DNA of 61,350 nucleotides from Campylobacteraceae bacterium. Its GTDB lineage: Bacteria; Campylobacterota; Campylobacteria; Campylobacterales; Campylobacteraceae. This document shows, piece by piece, positions 37,501-47,358 of the stretch; position 1 is the stretch's first letter; each line of letters begins with the position of its first letter. The notes under the pieces are model-generated. The model worked only from the letters and a program-made list of their open reading frames with translations. It searched no databases and had not been told where the DNA came from. Position numbers and translations under genes: made by a program. The stretch lies in contig JAIRNE010000010.1 in assembly GCA_031258205.1 (NCBI GenBank), positions 1-61,350 of the forward strand, in the 5' to 3' direction.

Positions 37501-38598
37501 ATGAAATTTAACGAAACGCTTGAAAAATTAGTAAATTACGAAGCGGGCAAGCCGATAGAGCTTGTCGTAAGAGAATACGGCATAAATGCTTGCGATGTGA
37601 TAAAAGTGGCGAGTAACGAAAACCCTTACGGATGCAGCCCTAAAGTAGTCAAAGCGATACAAAACGAAGCTTTTAAAATGTCTTTGTACCCGGACGACAG
37701 CATGTACGAATTAAAAGCCGCGCTTGCCGACAAATACGGAGTTGGAAGTGAAAATATCATTATAGGTTCAGGCAGCGACCAAGTGATAGAGTTTTCACTG
37801 TTTGCGAAAGCTAATGCGTCCAATAAAATTTTAATGGCGAAAACAACATTTGCCATGTATGAGATTTACGGCAAACGCACAGGCACGACCGTGCTGAAAA
37901 CATCTTCGCATGGACACAATATAGAAGAGTTTTTAGATGTTTACAAGAACAATAAAAATATAGCCGTTATATTTTTGTGCCTGCCCAATAATCCGCTTGG
38001 AGAGTGCTTGGATAAAGATGAGGTTTTCGGATTTTTAAAAGAGGTCTCAAGCGATACTTTGGTCGTGATAGACGGAGCTTATCAAGAGTTTGCGGGTTTT
38101 AAAGATAAAAATAAAAAGATAGACCCAAAAGAGCTTATAGACAGATTTCCCAACGCCATATATCTTGGCACATTCTCAAAAGCTTACGGACTTGGCGGAA
38201 TGAGAGTGGGATACGGCGTGGGAAATAGAGAAATTGTCAAATCTTTGCACAAACTCCGTTCGCCTTTTAATATCACTACTTTAAGTCTTAAAGCCGCCAT
38301 AGAGGCGTTAAAAGATGAAGAGTTTGTAAAAAATACGGTTATTAAAAACTTTGAAGAGATGGCAAGATATGAGGAATTCGCCGAAAAACTTGATATTGAG
38401 TTTATCCCAAGCTATACAAATTTTATTACGTATAAAGTCCAAAAAAACTCGTCTTTGATTTGCGAAGAGCTCATGAAAAAAGGAATCATCATAAGAGACC
38501 TTAAAAGCTACGGTTTAAACGCCGTGCGCATTACGGTAGGCACAAAAGAGCAAAACGACAGGCTGTTTAAAGTTTTTGAGGATATTTACAGAGGCTGA
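37501..38598 (+). CDS. hisC: Histidinol-phosphate aminotransferase
   Basis: [15 protein letters not shown], and [15 protein letters not shown] with the PLP lysine. I used the ATG at 37501. The track starts 3 nt earlier at a TTG. Confidence 0.9.
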   Translation: MKFNETLEKLVNYEAGKPIELVVREYGINACDVIKVASNENPYGCSPKVVKAIQNEAFKMSLYPDDSMYELKAALADKYGVGSENIIIGSGSDQVIEFSLFAKANASNKILMAKTTFAMYEIYGKRTGTTVLKTSSHGHNIEEFLDVYKNNKNIAVIFLCLPNNPLGECLDKDEVFGFLKEVSSDTLVVIDGAYQEFAGFKDKNKKIDPKELIDRFPNAIYLGTFSKAYGLGGMRVGYGVGNREIVKSLHKLRSPFNITTLSLKAAIEALKDEEFVKNTVIKNFEEMARYEEFAEKLDIEFIPSYTNFITYKVQKNSSLICEELMKKGIIIRDLKSYGLNAVRITVGTKEQNDRLFKVFEDIYRG

Positions 38599-38601
38599 AA
38601 C

Positions 38602-40416
38602 TTGGATATAAAAAACTTCAAAACCGAAGAGTTAGAAAATTTATGCGGCGAGATACGCGCGAAGATTATTGAAGTCGTGAGCCGCAACGGCGGGCATCTT
38701 AGCTCCAACATGGGCGCGGTGGAATTAATAGTTGCCATGCATTATGTATTTGACGCCAAAAACAACCCTTTTATATTTGACGTCAGCCACCAATCTTATG
38801 CGCATAAACTTTTAACCGATAGATGGGATAAGTTTGATACTTTGCGCCAAATAGACGGCATCAGCGGTTATACAAAACCGTCTGAGTCGCCGTACGACTA
38901 TTTTGTGGCAGGACACAGTTCCACCTCTATCTCTTTGGCTGTAGGTGCGGCTAAAGCTATCAAATTAAAGGGCGAAGACCGCGTACCGGTAGCTTTGATA
39001 GGAGACGGCGCAATGAGCGCTGGAATGGCGTATGAAGCGTTAAACGAACTTGGAGACAGAAAATATCCCGTTGTCGTAATACTTAACGATAATGAGATGA
39101 GTATCTCAAAACCCATAGGAGCCATCAGCAAATATCTCTCTCAAGCGATGGCGGGACAATTTTATCAAAAATTTAAATCCAGAGTGGAAAAGGTATTGGA
39201 TTATCTGCCTGAATCTGCCATGTACATGGCAAAGAGATTTGAGGAGGGGTTTAAGCTGATAACTCCGGGAATGCTTTTTGAAGAGCTTGGATTGGAGTAT
39301 ATAGGACCCATCGACGGGCACAATCTGCCCGCTCTCATCAGCGCTTTAAAAACGGCTAAAAAACTAAAAAAACCCGTTATCGTACATGCACAAACGATAA
39401 AAGGCAAAGGTTATATAAAAGCTGAGGGGCAGTTTGAAAAGTGGCATGGAGTGTCGCCTTTCAATGTAGAGAGCGGCGAGAGTATTTCAATAAAAACGTC
39501 AAAAAAGAGCGCGACCGCGCTTTTTAGCGAAGCGCTTTTGGATTTGGCGAAAGCAAAAGAGAGTGTCGTAGGCGTAACTGCCGCTATGCCGAGCGGTACG
39601 GGCATGGACGAATTGATAAGAGAATTTCCGGATAGATTTTGGGATGTAGCGATTGCCGAACAGCATGCGGTAACGTCCATGTGCGCAATGGCAAAAGAGG
39701 GTTTTAAACCTTTTGTCGCGATATATTCTACGTTTTTACAGCGCGCTTACGACCAAATCATACATGATGCCTGTTTGATGAATTTAAATGTTGCATTTGC
39801 AATAGACAGAGCAGGTATTGTCGGAGAGGACGGAGAGACGCATCAAGGAGCTTTTGATATATCATACCTGAATGCCATACCAAATATCACGCTGTTTGCG
39901 CCAAGAGACGACATCGGCATGAAATACGCGGTAGAGTTTGCTTATGAGCATAAAGGCGTATGCGCGTTTAGATACCCAAGAGGAAGTTTTATCTCCTGCG
40001 GAAAAGTGAAATCAAAACCTTTTTTATTGGGACAGGGCGAAATTTTACATAAAGGCGAAAGCGATACGGCGTTTATAGGATACGGTAATGGCGTTGGGAA
40101 AGCGCATGAGTGCGCGAAATTTTTAGACGAAGATATTACTATAGTTGATTTGAGATTTGTCAAGCCGATAGATAAAAGGCTTTTAAAGCAACTTAGCCTC
40201 ACATGCAAGAGGTGGTATATATTCAGCGACAGCGCAAAAAGCGGCGGTGTGGGCGAAATATTGTCGGGTTTTTTAAACGAAGAGGGGATAAAAGATGTAA
40301 CCCTCAAGAGTTTTGAATATAGGGATATTTTCATACAGCATGGCGATACGGCGAAAATAGAAGAGCGGCTCGGACTCTCCCCGAAACTGTTAGCCGAAAA
40401 AATCAGCATATTATGA
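38602..40416 (+). CDS. dxs: 1-deoxy-D-xylulose-5-phosphate synthase
   Basis: GGHLSSNMG, DVSHQSY.HK, the ThDP motif GDGAMSAGMAYEALN, and IAEQHAVT. TTG start. Confidence 0.93.
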   Translation: MDIKNFKTEELENLCGEIRAKIIEVVSRNGGHLSSNMGAVELIVAMHYVFDAKNNPFIFDVSHQSYAHKLLTDRWDKFDTLRQIDGISGYTKPSESPYDYFVAGHSSTSISLAVGAAKAIKLKGEDRVPVALIGDGAMSAGMAYEALNELGDRKYPVVVILNDNEMSISKPIGAISKYLSQAMAGQFYQKFKSRVEKVLDYLPESAMYMAKRFEEGFKLITPGMLFEELGLEYIGPIDGHNLPALISALKTAKKLKKPVIVHAQTIKGKGYIKAEGQFEKWHGVSPFNVESGESISIKTSKKSATALFSEALLDLAKAKESVVGVTAAMPSGTGMDELIREFPDRFWDVAIAEQHAVTSMCAMAKEGFKPFVAIYSTFLQRAYDQIIHDACLMNLNVAFAIDRAGIVGEDGETHQGAFDISYLNAIPNITLFAPRDDIGMKYAVEFAYEHKGVCAFRYPRGSFISCGKVKSKPFLLGQGEILHKGESDTAFIGYGNGVGKAHECAKFLDEDITIVDLRFVKPIDKRLLKQLSLTCKRWYIFSDSAKSGGVGEILSGFLNEEGIKDVTLKSFEYRDIFIQHGDTAKIEERLGLSPKLLAEKISIL

Positions 40417-40471
40417 TATAATAACTCAAATTATGATTAAAATGTTATAAAAATATTTGCGAGGTACAGTT

Positions 40472-40888
40472 ATGAATTTCATTCATCATTTAAAAGAGAG
40501 ACATCTTAAAGCGACGCCGCAGAGAATATCCGTATTAAAAATTTTAAATCGGCACACGCATCCTAGTATAGACGAATTGTATGAAGAGATAAAAAAAGAG
40601 TTTCCGACTATTTCACTTGCGACAGTTTATAAAAATCTGAATATTTTGAAGCAAACGGGCATGGTTCTTGAAGTAAACGCAAACGGCAAGCCAAAACTTG
40701 ATATATACCTGCACCCTCATGCGCACATTGTATGCAAAAACTGCGGCGCGGTAGAAGATGCGGATTTTCAAAAGAGCGTATATGCGTATCAACAAGAGAT
40801 TGAACAAAAGAGCCAATATAAAATAGTGCAGCTTGACGTAACGGCTGTCGTAGATACATGCCGTCAGTGCCAAAAAGTTACCCCTTAG
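40472..40888 (+). CDS. perR: Fur-family metalloregulator (PerR-like, judged by its position next to dxs)
   Basis: LKATPQRISVLKIL...SLATVYKNLN is a winged helix. HAHIVCKNCG...CRQC are the Cys pairs. The ATG at 40472 is preferred. Confidence 0.75.
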   Translation: MNFIHHLKERHLKATPQRISVLKILNRHTHPSIDELYEEIKKEFPTISLATVYKNLNILKQTGMVLEVNANGKPKLDIYLHPHAHIVCKNCGAVEDADFQKSVYAYQQEIEQKSQYKIVQLDVTAVVDTCRQCQKVTP

Positions 40889-40978
40889 CTTTAAACAGTT
40901 TTAAATAGTTTTAGTACGTTTTTTTTCATAGATATTTAAAATATTTTATGCAATAATGGAATATTTATAAGGGATAAC

Positions 40979-41824
40979 ATGAAAGAGCAAGTTCAGATTA
41001 ATAGGAAAAATCCTACGGCGTTTTTGTTTGTTGTAGATCAGTCGCTTTCTATGGGCTATGTAATGCCTTCCGTAAATAAGCCCAAGGCTAAACATGTGGC
41101 GGATGTTATCAATAGAACGATTTTAAACTTAATAGATTTATGCAATAAAGCGGACGGTATCAGAGACTATTTTTATATAGGCATTATCGGTTACGGCGGG
41201 AAGGGCGTTAAAAATATACTTTTTGACGAAGAGGATAGACCGATTTTAAATTTTATCTCCGAAGTAGCCGACAATGTAAAAAAGATAGAGCGGTTAACCG
41301 AAAAGGTAGATAACGGTCTTGGCGATATCGTAGAGAGAACGGTAGAGTTTCCCGTATGGATAGAGCCTGACGTGGACGGCGAAACTCCCATGTGCGAAGC
41401 TTTTAGTTTAGCCAGAGAGACGCTTAAAGAGTGGTGCGCGAATAATCTAAACTCTTATCCGCCGACATTGATACATATCACGGACGGCGATTCTACGGAC
41501 GGAGATCCTGAGGAGATAGCCGAAGATATCAAAAAACTTCGCACGCTGTGCGGCAGCGCGCTTGTTTTCAATCTGCATGTAAGCTCGTTTGATACAAATA
41601 CGATAGAGTATCCGTTCAGCGACAACAACATAAAAGACGAATATGCAAAAATGCTTTTTAGAATGTCCAGTATTTTTCCCGAGCATTTGATAGGCAAAGC
41701 AAACGACAGAGGATATAGAGTAGTGGACAATTCAAGGGGTTTTATATTTAATGCGGATGCCGTAGATATCGTAAATTTTCTCGAAATAGGCACGCTGCCG
41801 ACAAACCCGTACAAAAAACGATAA
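40979..41824 (+). CDS. von Willebrand factor type A (vWA) domain protein, TerY/YegL-like
   Basis: The MIDAS motif DQSLS sits in FLFVVDQSLSMG. The second and third MIDAS elements are GETPMCEAF and LIHITDGDSTDG. 281 aa with no signal peptide. Confidence 0.8.
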   Translation: MKEQVQINRKNPTAFLFVVDQSLSMGYVMPSVNKPKAKHVADVINRTILNLIDLCNKADGIRDYFYIGIIGYGGKGVKNILFDEEDRPILNFISEVADNVKKIERLTEKVDNGLGDIVERTVEFPVWIEPDVDGETPMCEAFSLARETLKEWCANNLNSYPPTLIHITDGDSTDGDPEEIAEDIKKLRTLCGSALVFNLHVSSFDTNTIEYPFSDNNIKDEYAKMLFRMSSIFPEHLIGKANDRGYRVVDNSRGFIFNADAVDIVNFLEIGTLPTNPYKKR

Positions 41825-41836
41825 GGCAGTCGTTTA

Positions 41837-42568
41837 ATGGAGCTACTGTTTTGCGGCTCAATACCTAAAAATTATGATAGACCTTATGAAAATGAGGATT
41901 GTTATAATATAAACATGATAAATCAAACTTTGCGCGTAGCCGTCAGCGACGGCGCGAGCGTTTCGTATGATTCTAAAAATTGGGCAAAAAATCTGGCGGA
42001 TTGCTTTGTGCAAAAAGAGTTTATTTTAAGCAGGGATATAAACAGACTTATTAAAAGTTACTATTCCAACCGTTTTGATTTTAAAAATTTGACGCTTTTC
42101 CAAAAAAGAGGGCTTAGATTTGGGAGTTACGCCACCATACTCGGACTTGAGTACAATCCAGTTTCAAATTTTATACAAGTTTTAAGCGTAGGAGACAGCG
42201 TTGCGGTTTTTTTGGATAATGATAAACTTATAGACTCTTTCCCGTACTCTTTATCTGTTGAATTTAAAAAAAATCCAAAACTGTTGAGCGTGAAAAAGAG
42301 ATATAACTATTTTTTTTCACGCTCCAAAGAGTATGATAGATTTTATAGAGTCTGGAATCTCAAAACCGCGCATCGTCCGACAGTTCTTTGCATGACAGAC
42401 GCGCTTGCCGAGTGGGCGTTCAAATCTTACGAGAGCGGCAATACGGATACATGGAGAGAGATAAGCTCTATTAGCTCAATGAAAGATTTTAAGAGTTTTG
42501 TGGACGCTAAGCGTTTGGAAAATAGTATCAAAGTGGATGATACTACGCTTGTTTGCATAAGATTTTAA
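41837..42568 (+). CDS. PP2C-family Ser/Thr protein phosphatase-like protein
   Basis: NEDCY...VAVSDGAS..., SVGDSVAVFL and LCMTDALAEW resemble PP2C metal-binding Asp motifs. It starts 12 nt after the vWA gene. Confidence 0.65.
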   Translation: MELLFCGSIPKNYDRPYENEDCYNINMINQTLRVAVSDGASVSYDSKNWAKNLADCFVQKEFILSRDINRLIKSYYSNRFDFKNLTLFQKRGLRFGSYATILGLEYNPVSNFIQVLSVGDSVAVFLDNDKLIDSFPYSLSVEFKKNPKLLSVKKRYNYFFSRSKEYDRFYRVWNLKTAHRPTVLCMTDALAEWAFKSYESGNTDTWREISSISSMKDFKSFVDAKRLENSIKVDDTTLVCIRF

Positions 42569-42577
42569 AGGAAAAAA

Positions 42578-44650
42578 ATGTCGTTAAATTACCCAAGTTC
42601 GCATGATTACAGAGCCGCTTTTCAGCATATACGACAGAATTTAACAGATCCGATTTTGCAAGAGGGCATAGTTAAGACCAACTCGTTGGGACCGCAGATT
42701 TTCAGCGGCAATTTCGCTTACGCGTATGAAGTTACTTCTCAATACAGGATAAAATACGCCGTGCGTTGTTTTCGTTATTTTTCAAAAGACCGCGAAGAGC
42801 GTTACGCGGCGATAGCCTCTTTTTTGAAACGGCTTAGATCTTACTATTTTGTAGATTTTGAGTATCAGCCTGAGGGAATTACCATACGCGGCATTAAATA
42901 TCCGATTGTGAAAATGGCATGGGTGGACGGCGATTTGTTGGGGCAGTTTATAGCCGAGAATTACACCAACAGGCGAAGGCTTAAAAATCTCATAAGTTCG
43001 CTCATCGCGCTTGCGAGATTTATTGAACAGCACAATTTTGCGCACGGAGATATACAGCCCGGAAATATAATAGTCAATAACGACGGCAAGGATTTGAAAG
43101 TTATAGATTATGACGGCATATATGTAAAAGAGATTAATGAGCTTGGCAATTGCGAGTGCGGCACGCCGAATTTTCAGCACCCAAAAAGAGGCAATACATG
43201 GAGCGCGAAGTTGGATAGATTTTCGTTTATATCGCTTTATGTCGCCTTGAATGCGCTTGTGGAACGCTACTCTTTATGGGAGGAGTTATCCTGCGATACC
43301 GAATCCATTCTCTTTGTGGCGGCAGATTACGAGGATACCAAACATTCAAAAGCTTTCGCTAAGATTATGAGTATTGAAAATATGAAAGACGATGCACAAA
43401 AGTTTAAAAGGGTATGCGACGCTTCTTTTGATAAAATCCCCTCTCTTGACGATTTTATTGAGGGGAAAAATGTCCCGAATTATTACCGCACAAGTAAATT
43501 TGTCTATTTTGCGGGCGCAATTATTGCGCTGATGTTTTGTACGGTGTATTTTTTAGAGCGCGGCTATACGGTGAATACGATATATGCCAAAATATTAGAG
43601 GCAAAAGAGTTTTTCGCGGGCAAAAAAGAGGAGGTTAAGAGTGAAGAGATGCACGCGAGAGTTAGTTTGCGCACAAGCAGGGATTATGCGGATACTATCA
43701 AACAGCTTGACGATTTGCACGCTAAACTGCCCAACGACAACGATATAACTCTGCTTGCCGCCGCGACATACGCCATAAGCGGTTACGACGATGATAAACT
43801 CTCAACGCTCACAGAGTCTTTGTTGGGGCAAAAGATTGACGATTCAAGGCTCTATTTTGCTCTTGCCGCGCTGTATTGGCGCAGAAACGATATAGAAAAA
43901 GCAAATTATTTCATAGATTTGACAAATAACGATATACGTATGGATGATAAATTAAGAAATATGATTGTGCCGCTGCGCGCTATTTTGAAAATGGAATTAA
44001 ACATGTACAACCGCTATAAAGCAGACGCGGGATTTGGCGATAAAGATAATGAAATATTTGCCGCCGCTATGCCTTTGTGGGAAGATAGCAAGTCGGCGTA
44101 TGAGTATTTCATGCAGATTTATTCGTATGGCTTTACGGGTTTTTCCAGTGAGTATCCGCTTAGCTTGACATATCAATCTTTTGCCGAATGGTTTGACGCT
44201 TATGCAAATTATAAAATCGGCAAAAATTTAAAAACGCTGATGGATTTGCATAAAAAATACCCCGAAAATGCAGAACTTTTATACCGCATCACAATTGATA
44301 TCGCAAATCTTTATATAGAGGGCAGCGAAGGCAGATGCTATTTTCGCCGCGATAAATATCTGAAAATTATCAGAGAGATTAAATACGAACCTTCAGCCAT
44401 TAACGCTCAAAAAGCTGTTGATTTTGCGAAAAAACTGGTAGAATTGCCATATTCTGCGCCAAAGAGTTATTACGCGCTTTCTCTCGCTTATTACGCGAAC
44501 GGTGAATTTGACATCGCCGAGGGCATTGCAAATATAGCCAAAACAAAAATAACAAACAGCGATCCTGTAGAGGTGAAAAAGCGCATAGAGACGCTTTTAG
44601 GAAATATAAACAGCAGTATCTCATGCAGATTGAAAAGCGGCGCGGAATAA
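42578..44650 (+). CDS. Membrane-anchored Ser/Thr protein kinase-like protein with a C-terminal TPR-like helical repeat domain
   Basis: Catalytic loop FAHGDIQPGNIIV, metal-binding KVIDYDG, and FQHP in the activation segment. A single TM helix FVYFAGAIIALMFCTVYFL lies at aa ~305-325. The ~360-aa alpha-helical C-terminus is rich in A/Y/L. It starts 9 nt after the PP2C gene. Confidence 0.75.
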   Translation: MSLNYPSSHDYRAAFQHIRQNLTDPILQEGIVKTNSLGPQIFSGNFAYAYEVTSQYRIKYAVRCFRYFSKDREERYAAIASFLKRLRSYYFVDFEYQPEGITIRGIKYPIVKMAWVDGDLLGQFIAENYTNRRRLKNLISSLIALARFIEQHNFAHGDIQPGNIIVNNDGKDLKVIDYDGIYVKEINELGNCECGTPNFQHPKRGNTWSAKLDRFSFISLYVALNALVERYSLWEELSCDTESILFVAADYEDTKHSKAFAKIMSIENMKDDAQKFKRVCDASFDKIPSLDDFIEGKNVPNYYRTSKFVYFAGAIIALMFCTVYFLERGYTVNTIYAKILEAKEFFAGKKEEVKSEEMHARVSLRTSRDYADTIKQLDDLHAKLPNDNDITLLAAATYAISGYDDDKLSTLTESLLGQKIDDSRLYFALAALYWRRNDIEKANYFIDLTNNDIRMDDKLRNMIVPLRAILKMELNMYNRYKADAGFGDKDNEIFAAAMPLWEDSKSAYEYFMQIYSYGFTGFSSEYPLSLTYQSFAEWFDAYANYKIGKNLKTLMDLHKKYPENAELLYRITIDIANLYIEGSEGRCYFRRDKYLKIIREIKYEPSAINAQKAVDFAKKLVELPYSAPKSYYALSLAYYANGEFDIAEGIANIAKTKITNSDPVEVKKRIETLLGNINSSISCRLKSGAE

Positions 44651-44688
44651 AAAAGAGTATAATTGCAAAAATTTTTAAAGGAGCGGCT

Positions 44689-45237
44689 ATGCGGCAGACA
44701 AAAGCGATAAAAGCTTCAAAATTGTGGAAAAGCGCAGATATAACTGCCGCTTTTGACTCTTCGCCGATTAAAAAAATAAGTCAAGAGTGGATAGCCTTGA
44801 GCGCGGGTACGAAAGACGACTATAATGTCATGACGGCGTCATGGGGAGGGATTGGGTATCTTTGGGAGAGAAGCGTAGCTATAGTTTATGTGCGTCCTGT
44901 TCGCTATACGTATGATTTTATGGAAAAATCTGACTTTTTTACGCTTACGTTTTTTGACAAATCTCTAAAGGCTAAAGCGCATAAGATTTTCGGCAGCAAA
45001 TCGGGACGCGATATAAATAAAGCCAAAGAAGCAGGCGTAACGGCTGTGTATTTTGACGAAAACGCTATAGGTTTTGAAGAGGCAAAAGAGACGGTAGTCT
45101 GCAAAAAGATATATTTTAACGACTTTAATCCGCGTAACTTTTTGGATGCGCAGATAAACGATCTTTATCCCGACAAAGATTATCACAGAATATATATCGG
45201 CGAGATAAAAAAATTTTATAAAAAAACGACAGCATAG
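44689..45237 (+). CDS. Flavin reductase-like (FMN-binding split barrel) family protein
   Basis: LSAGTKDDYNVMTASWGGIGYLWERSVAIVYVRPVRYTYDFME.SDFFTLTFF. The ATG at 44689 follows AAAGGAG. Confidence 0.7.
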   Translation: MRQTKAIKASKLWKSADITAAFDSSPIKKISQEWIALSAGTKDDYNVMTASWGGIGYLWERSVAIVYVRPVRYTYDFMEKSDFFTLTFFDKSLKAKAHKIFGSKSGRDINKAKEAGVTAVYFDENAIGFEEAKETVVCKKIYFNDFNPRNFLDAQINDLYPDKDYHRIYIGEIKKFYKKTTA

Positions 45238-45351
45238 ATTTTATCGTCTCTAATGCTGCGTATCGTTCTTTTTCTCATCTATTAGACAACGACAATCGGG
45301 AAATAACTCAACGCTGCGCATCGTCCACTCTTGGCGTAATGTCCACCACCC

Positions 45352-45710
45352 ATGTCATCGTGAAAAAACAATCCGCCGCCATCTCCGTCATTGCGAGCGA
45401 GATAAAATTTCAACTATACGTCATTGCGAGCGACCAACGGGAGCGCGGCAATCCAGCAATACTAAAAAACTTTAAACTTATTCTCATGTAAAAACAAAAA
45501 TACTAACTGTTTTTATTTTATCTATATTATCAACTCCTCTGGATTGCCACGTCGCTTCGCTCCTCGCAATGACGGAGAGAGGGGAGGTTACTTCGCCGCT
45601 GTGTTCCCATAATGATAAAAAAAGGAGTATTCCAGCAATGACGGAATGGGGGGCTCGCAATGAGGGGGGGGGACACAATGACAGACAGAAAGAGGGTTTG
45701 TAATGACAAA
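45352..45710. repeat. MITE/REP-like cluster (core-B element 45419-45575 plus degenerate arms)
   Basis: Left arm CGTCATTGCGAGCGACCAACGGGAGCGCGGCAATCCAG, core B 45461-45538, and right arm CTGGATTGCCACGTCGCTTCGCTCCTCGCAATGACGG. Confidence 0.85.
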
Positions 45711-45765
45711 GAGGGATGCAGTATCGCTAAGTATTTAGCAAAACAGATAAGTATAAAAATTTATC

Positions 45766-46479
45766 CTATACTATTTTTACGCCTACGGCAAATCTACCGC
45801 AAACGCCCTCACGTCTGTATGAAAAGTAGTTTTTATCGCAGCAAGAACAGACATTTTCATCAATGATATTAACGACTCCGTTTTCATGTAACTGTTTTTT
45901 GACGATTGTCTGCAGTGAGAGAAAATGCCGTCCTTCTTTGCCGCTCAATGCATACGAAAACCTATCCTTAGCTTCGTTTAAAATTTCGCCTTGTATCTCA
46001 TAACAGCAAGAACGGATAGAGACGCCGATATAAGCCCCTATATCTTTTGAGCTGCTTTTAAAACTATTTTTCATCGCTAAAACGGTATTTGAAATAATAT
46101 CCGAAAATATCCCTTTGCGCCCTGCATGTACGGCGGCAGCGGCTTTTTTATCGTTATCGTATAATATAACGGGCACGCAGTCGGCGACCATAACGCACAA
46201 AACTAAATTTTTCTCTTGAGTAATGAGGGCGTCTGTTTTAAGCGTCTGCTCTTTTTTTGCCATTGTTGCTAAAGAGCCGTGTATCTGCTCCATAAAACAC
46301 AACTCTTTTACGCTTACGTCAAAATATGAAGCAAAAATCTCTCTGTTTTTTTCGACGTTCAAAGGTTTGTCGCCTACATGAAATCCAAGATTTAAACTTT
46401 CGTATGCATCCGCGCTCACGCCGCCCGCTCTATCGCTTGCGATGATTTTTACCCATTCTTGCGTGAAAACTTCTCTCAT
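45766..46479 (-). CDS. pgeF: YfiH/PgeF (DUF152) purine nucleoside phosphorylase / peptidoglycan editing factor family
   Basis: ADCVPV, AVHAGRKG and CCYE are the conserved metal-site residues. Confidence 0.85.
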   Translation of the reverse strand: MREVFTQEWVKIIASDRAGGVSADAYESLNLGFHVGDKPLNVEKNREIFASYFDVSVKELCFMEQIHGSLATMAKKEQTLKTDALITQEKNLVLCVMVADCVPVILYDNDKKAAAAVHAGRKGIFSDIISNTVLAMKNSFKSSSKDIGAYIGVSIRSCCYEIQGEILNEAKDRFSYALSGKEGRHFLSLQTIVKKQLHENGVVNIIDENVCSCCDKNYFSYRREGVCGRFAVGVKIV

Positions 46480-47094
46480 TTAATATAACGCTGTTATCCT
46501 ATCTACATCGCTCCATTTCAAACCATTCTCTTTGTTCTGCATAAGAGCAAAAAGATAACGGGCTATCATGTCGGTCTCTATATTTACCCTGCGCCCGACT
46601 TTGTACGCGCTAAAAAGCGTTTGTCGCATAGTATGCGAAATAATAGTCAATTTGAAAGTCTCGTTTTCGCCGATATCATTAACGGTAAGACTTACGCCGT
46701 CAATTGCTATGCTTCCTTTCGCAGAGATGAATTTCATAATATCTTTTTGCGTTTTTATGAAAAAATTTACGGCGTTTTCATCTTTTTGTATATTGGTTAT
46801 TTCGCCGACAGCGTCTATGTGTCCCTGCAAGAAATGCCCGTCTATACGGTCTCCGATTACCATTGCAGGTTCTATATGAACTAAACCTTTAAAATTCTCC
46901 GTTGCCAGATTTTTTCTGCTTTCAACGGAAAGTTCAACTTTAAAACCGCCGGCTTTAGCTTCTATCACCGTTAAACATGCGCCGTTTACTGCAATGCTGT
47001 CTCCGACATTCGGCCGGTATTGCGCGCTAAGCCATAAAATATTCTCTTTATATGAAAGCGTTCTGGCGCACTCTCTGATAAGTCCTGTAAACAT
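46480..47094 (-). CDS. ribE: Riboflavin synthase (alpha chain)
   Basis: MFTGLI... and the duplicated lumazine-binding repeats (GDSIAVNGACLTV / GSIAIDGVSLTV). Confidence 0.92.
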   Translation of the reverse strand: MFTGLIRECARTLSYKENILWLSAQYRPNVGDSIAVNGACLTVIEAKAGGFKVELSVESRKNLATENFKGLVHIEPAMVIGDRIDGHFLQGHIDAVGEITNIQKDENAVNFFIKTQKDIMKFISAKGSIAIDGVSLTVNDIGENETFKLTIISHTMRQTLFSAYKVGRRVNIETDMIARYLFALMQNKENGLKWSDVDRITALY

Positions 47095-47358
47095 TGCTCA
47101 CCCCTCTTAAGATTTATCGCGTTAAAAACCGTCAATATCCCAGATTTCCTCCGCGAGATAAAAAAACCTTTTATTATAGCATATATATTTATATTCTTTT
47201 AATATTTTCATATTAGTATTTTATTTTAATAATTCATAATAGGCGTTATTTAATAAATTTTACCCTTTATGTATAACTGTTATCTTTCACGCTATTTGTA
47301 ACAACGACTTTTATGCTACAATACCTCCTCTAAAAATTTTAACTCTTTTGAGGAACAG

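Noticed and set aside
47095-47358. A possible FMN riboswitch in the 264-bp leader upstream of ribE (minus strand).
   Set aside because: Reading the reverse complement, I could not find the conserved FMN-element segments such as the GGGCAGGGTGAAATTCC-like and CCGACGGT-like blocks. The region is mostly AT-rich promoter-like DNA shared with the divergent mnmG.
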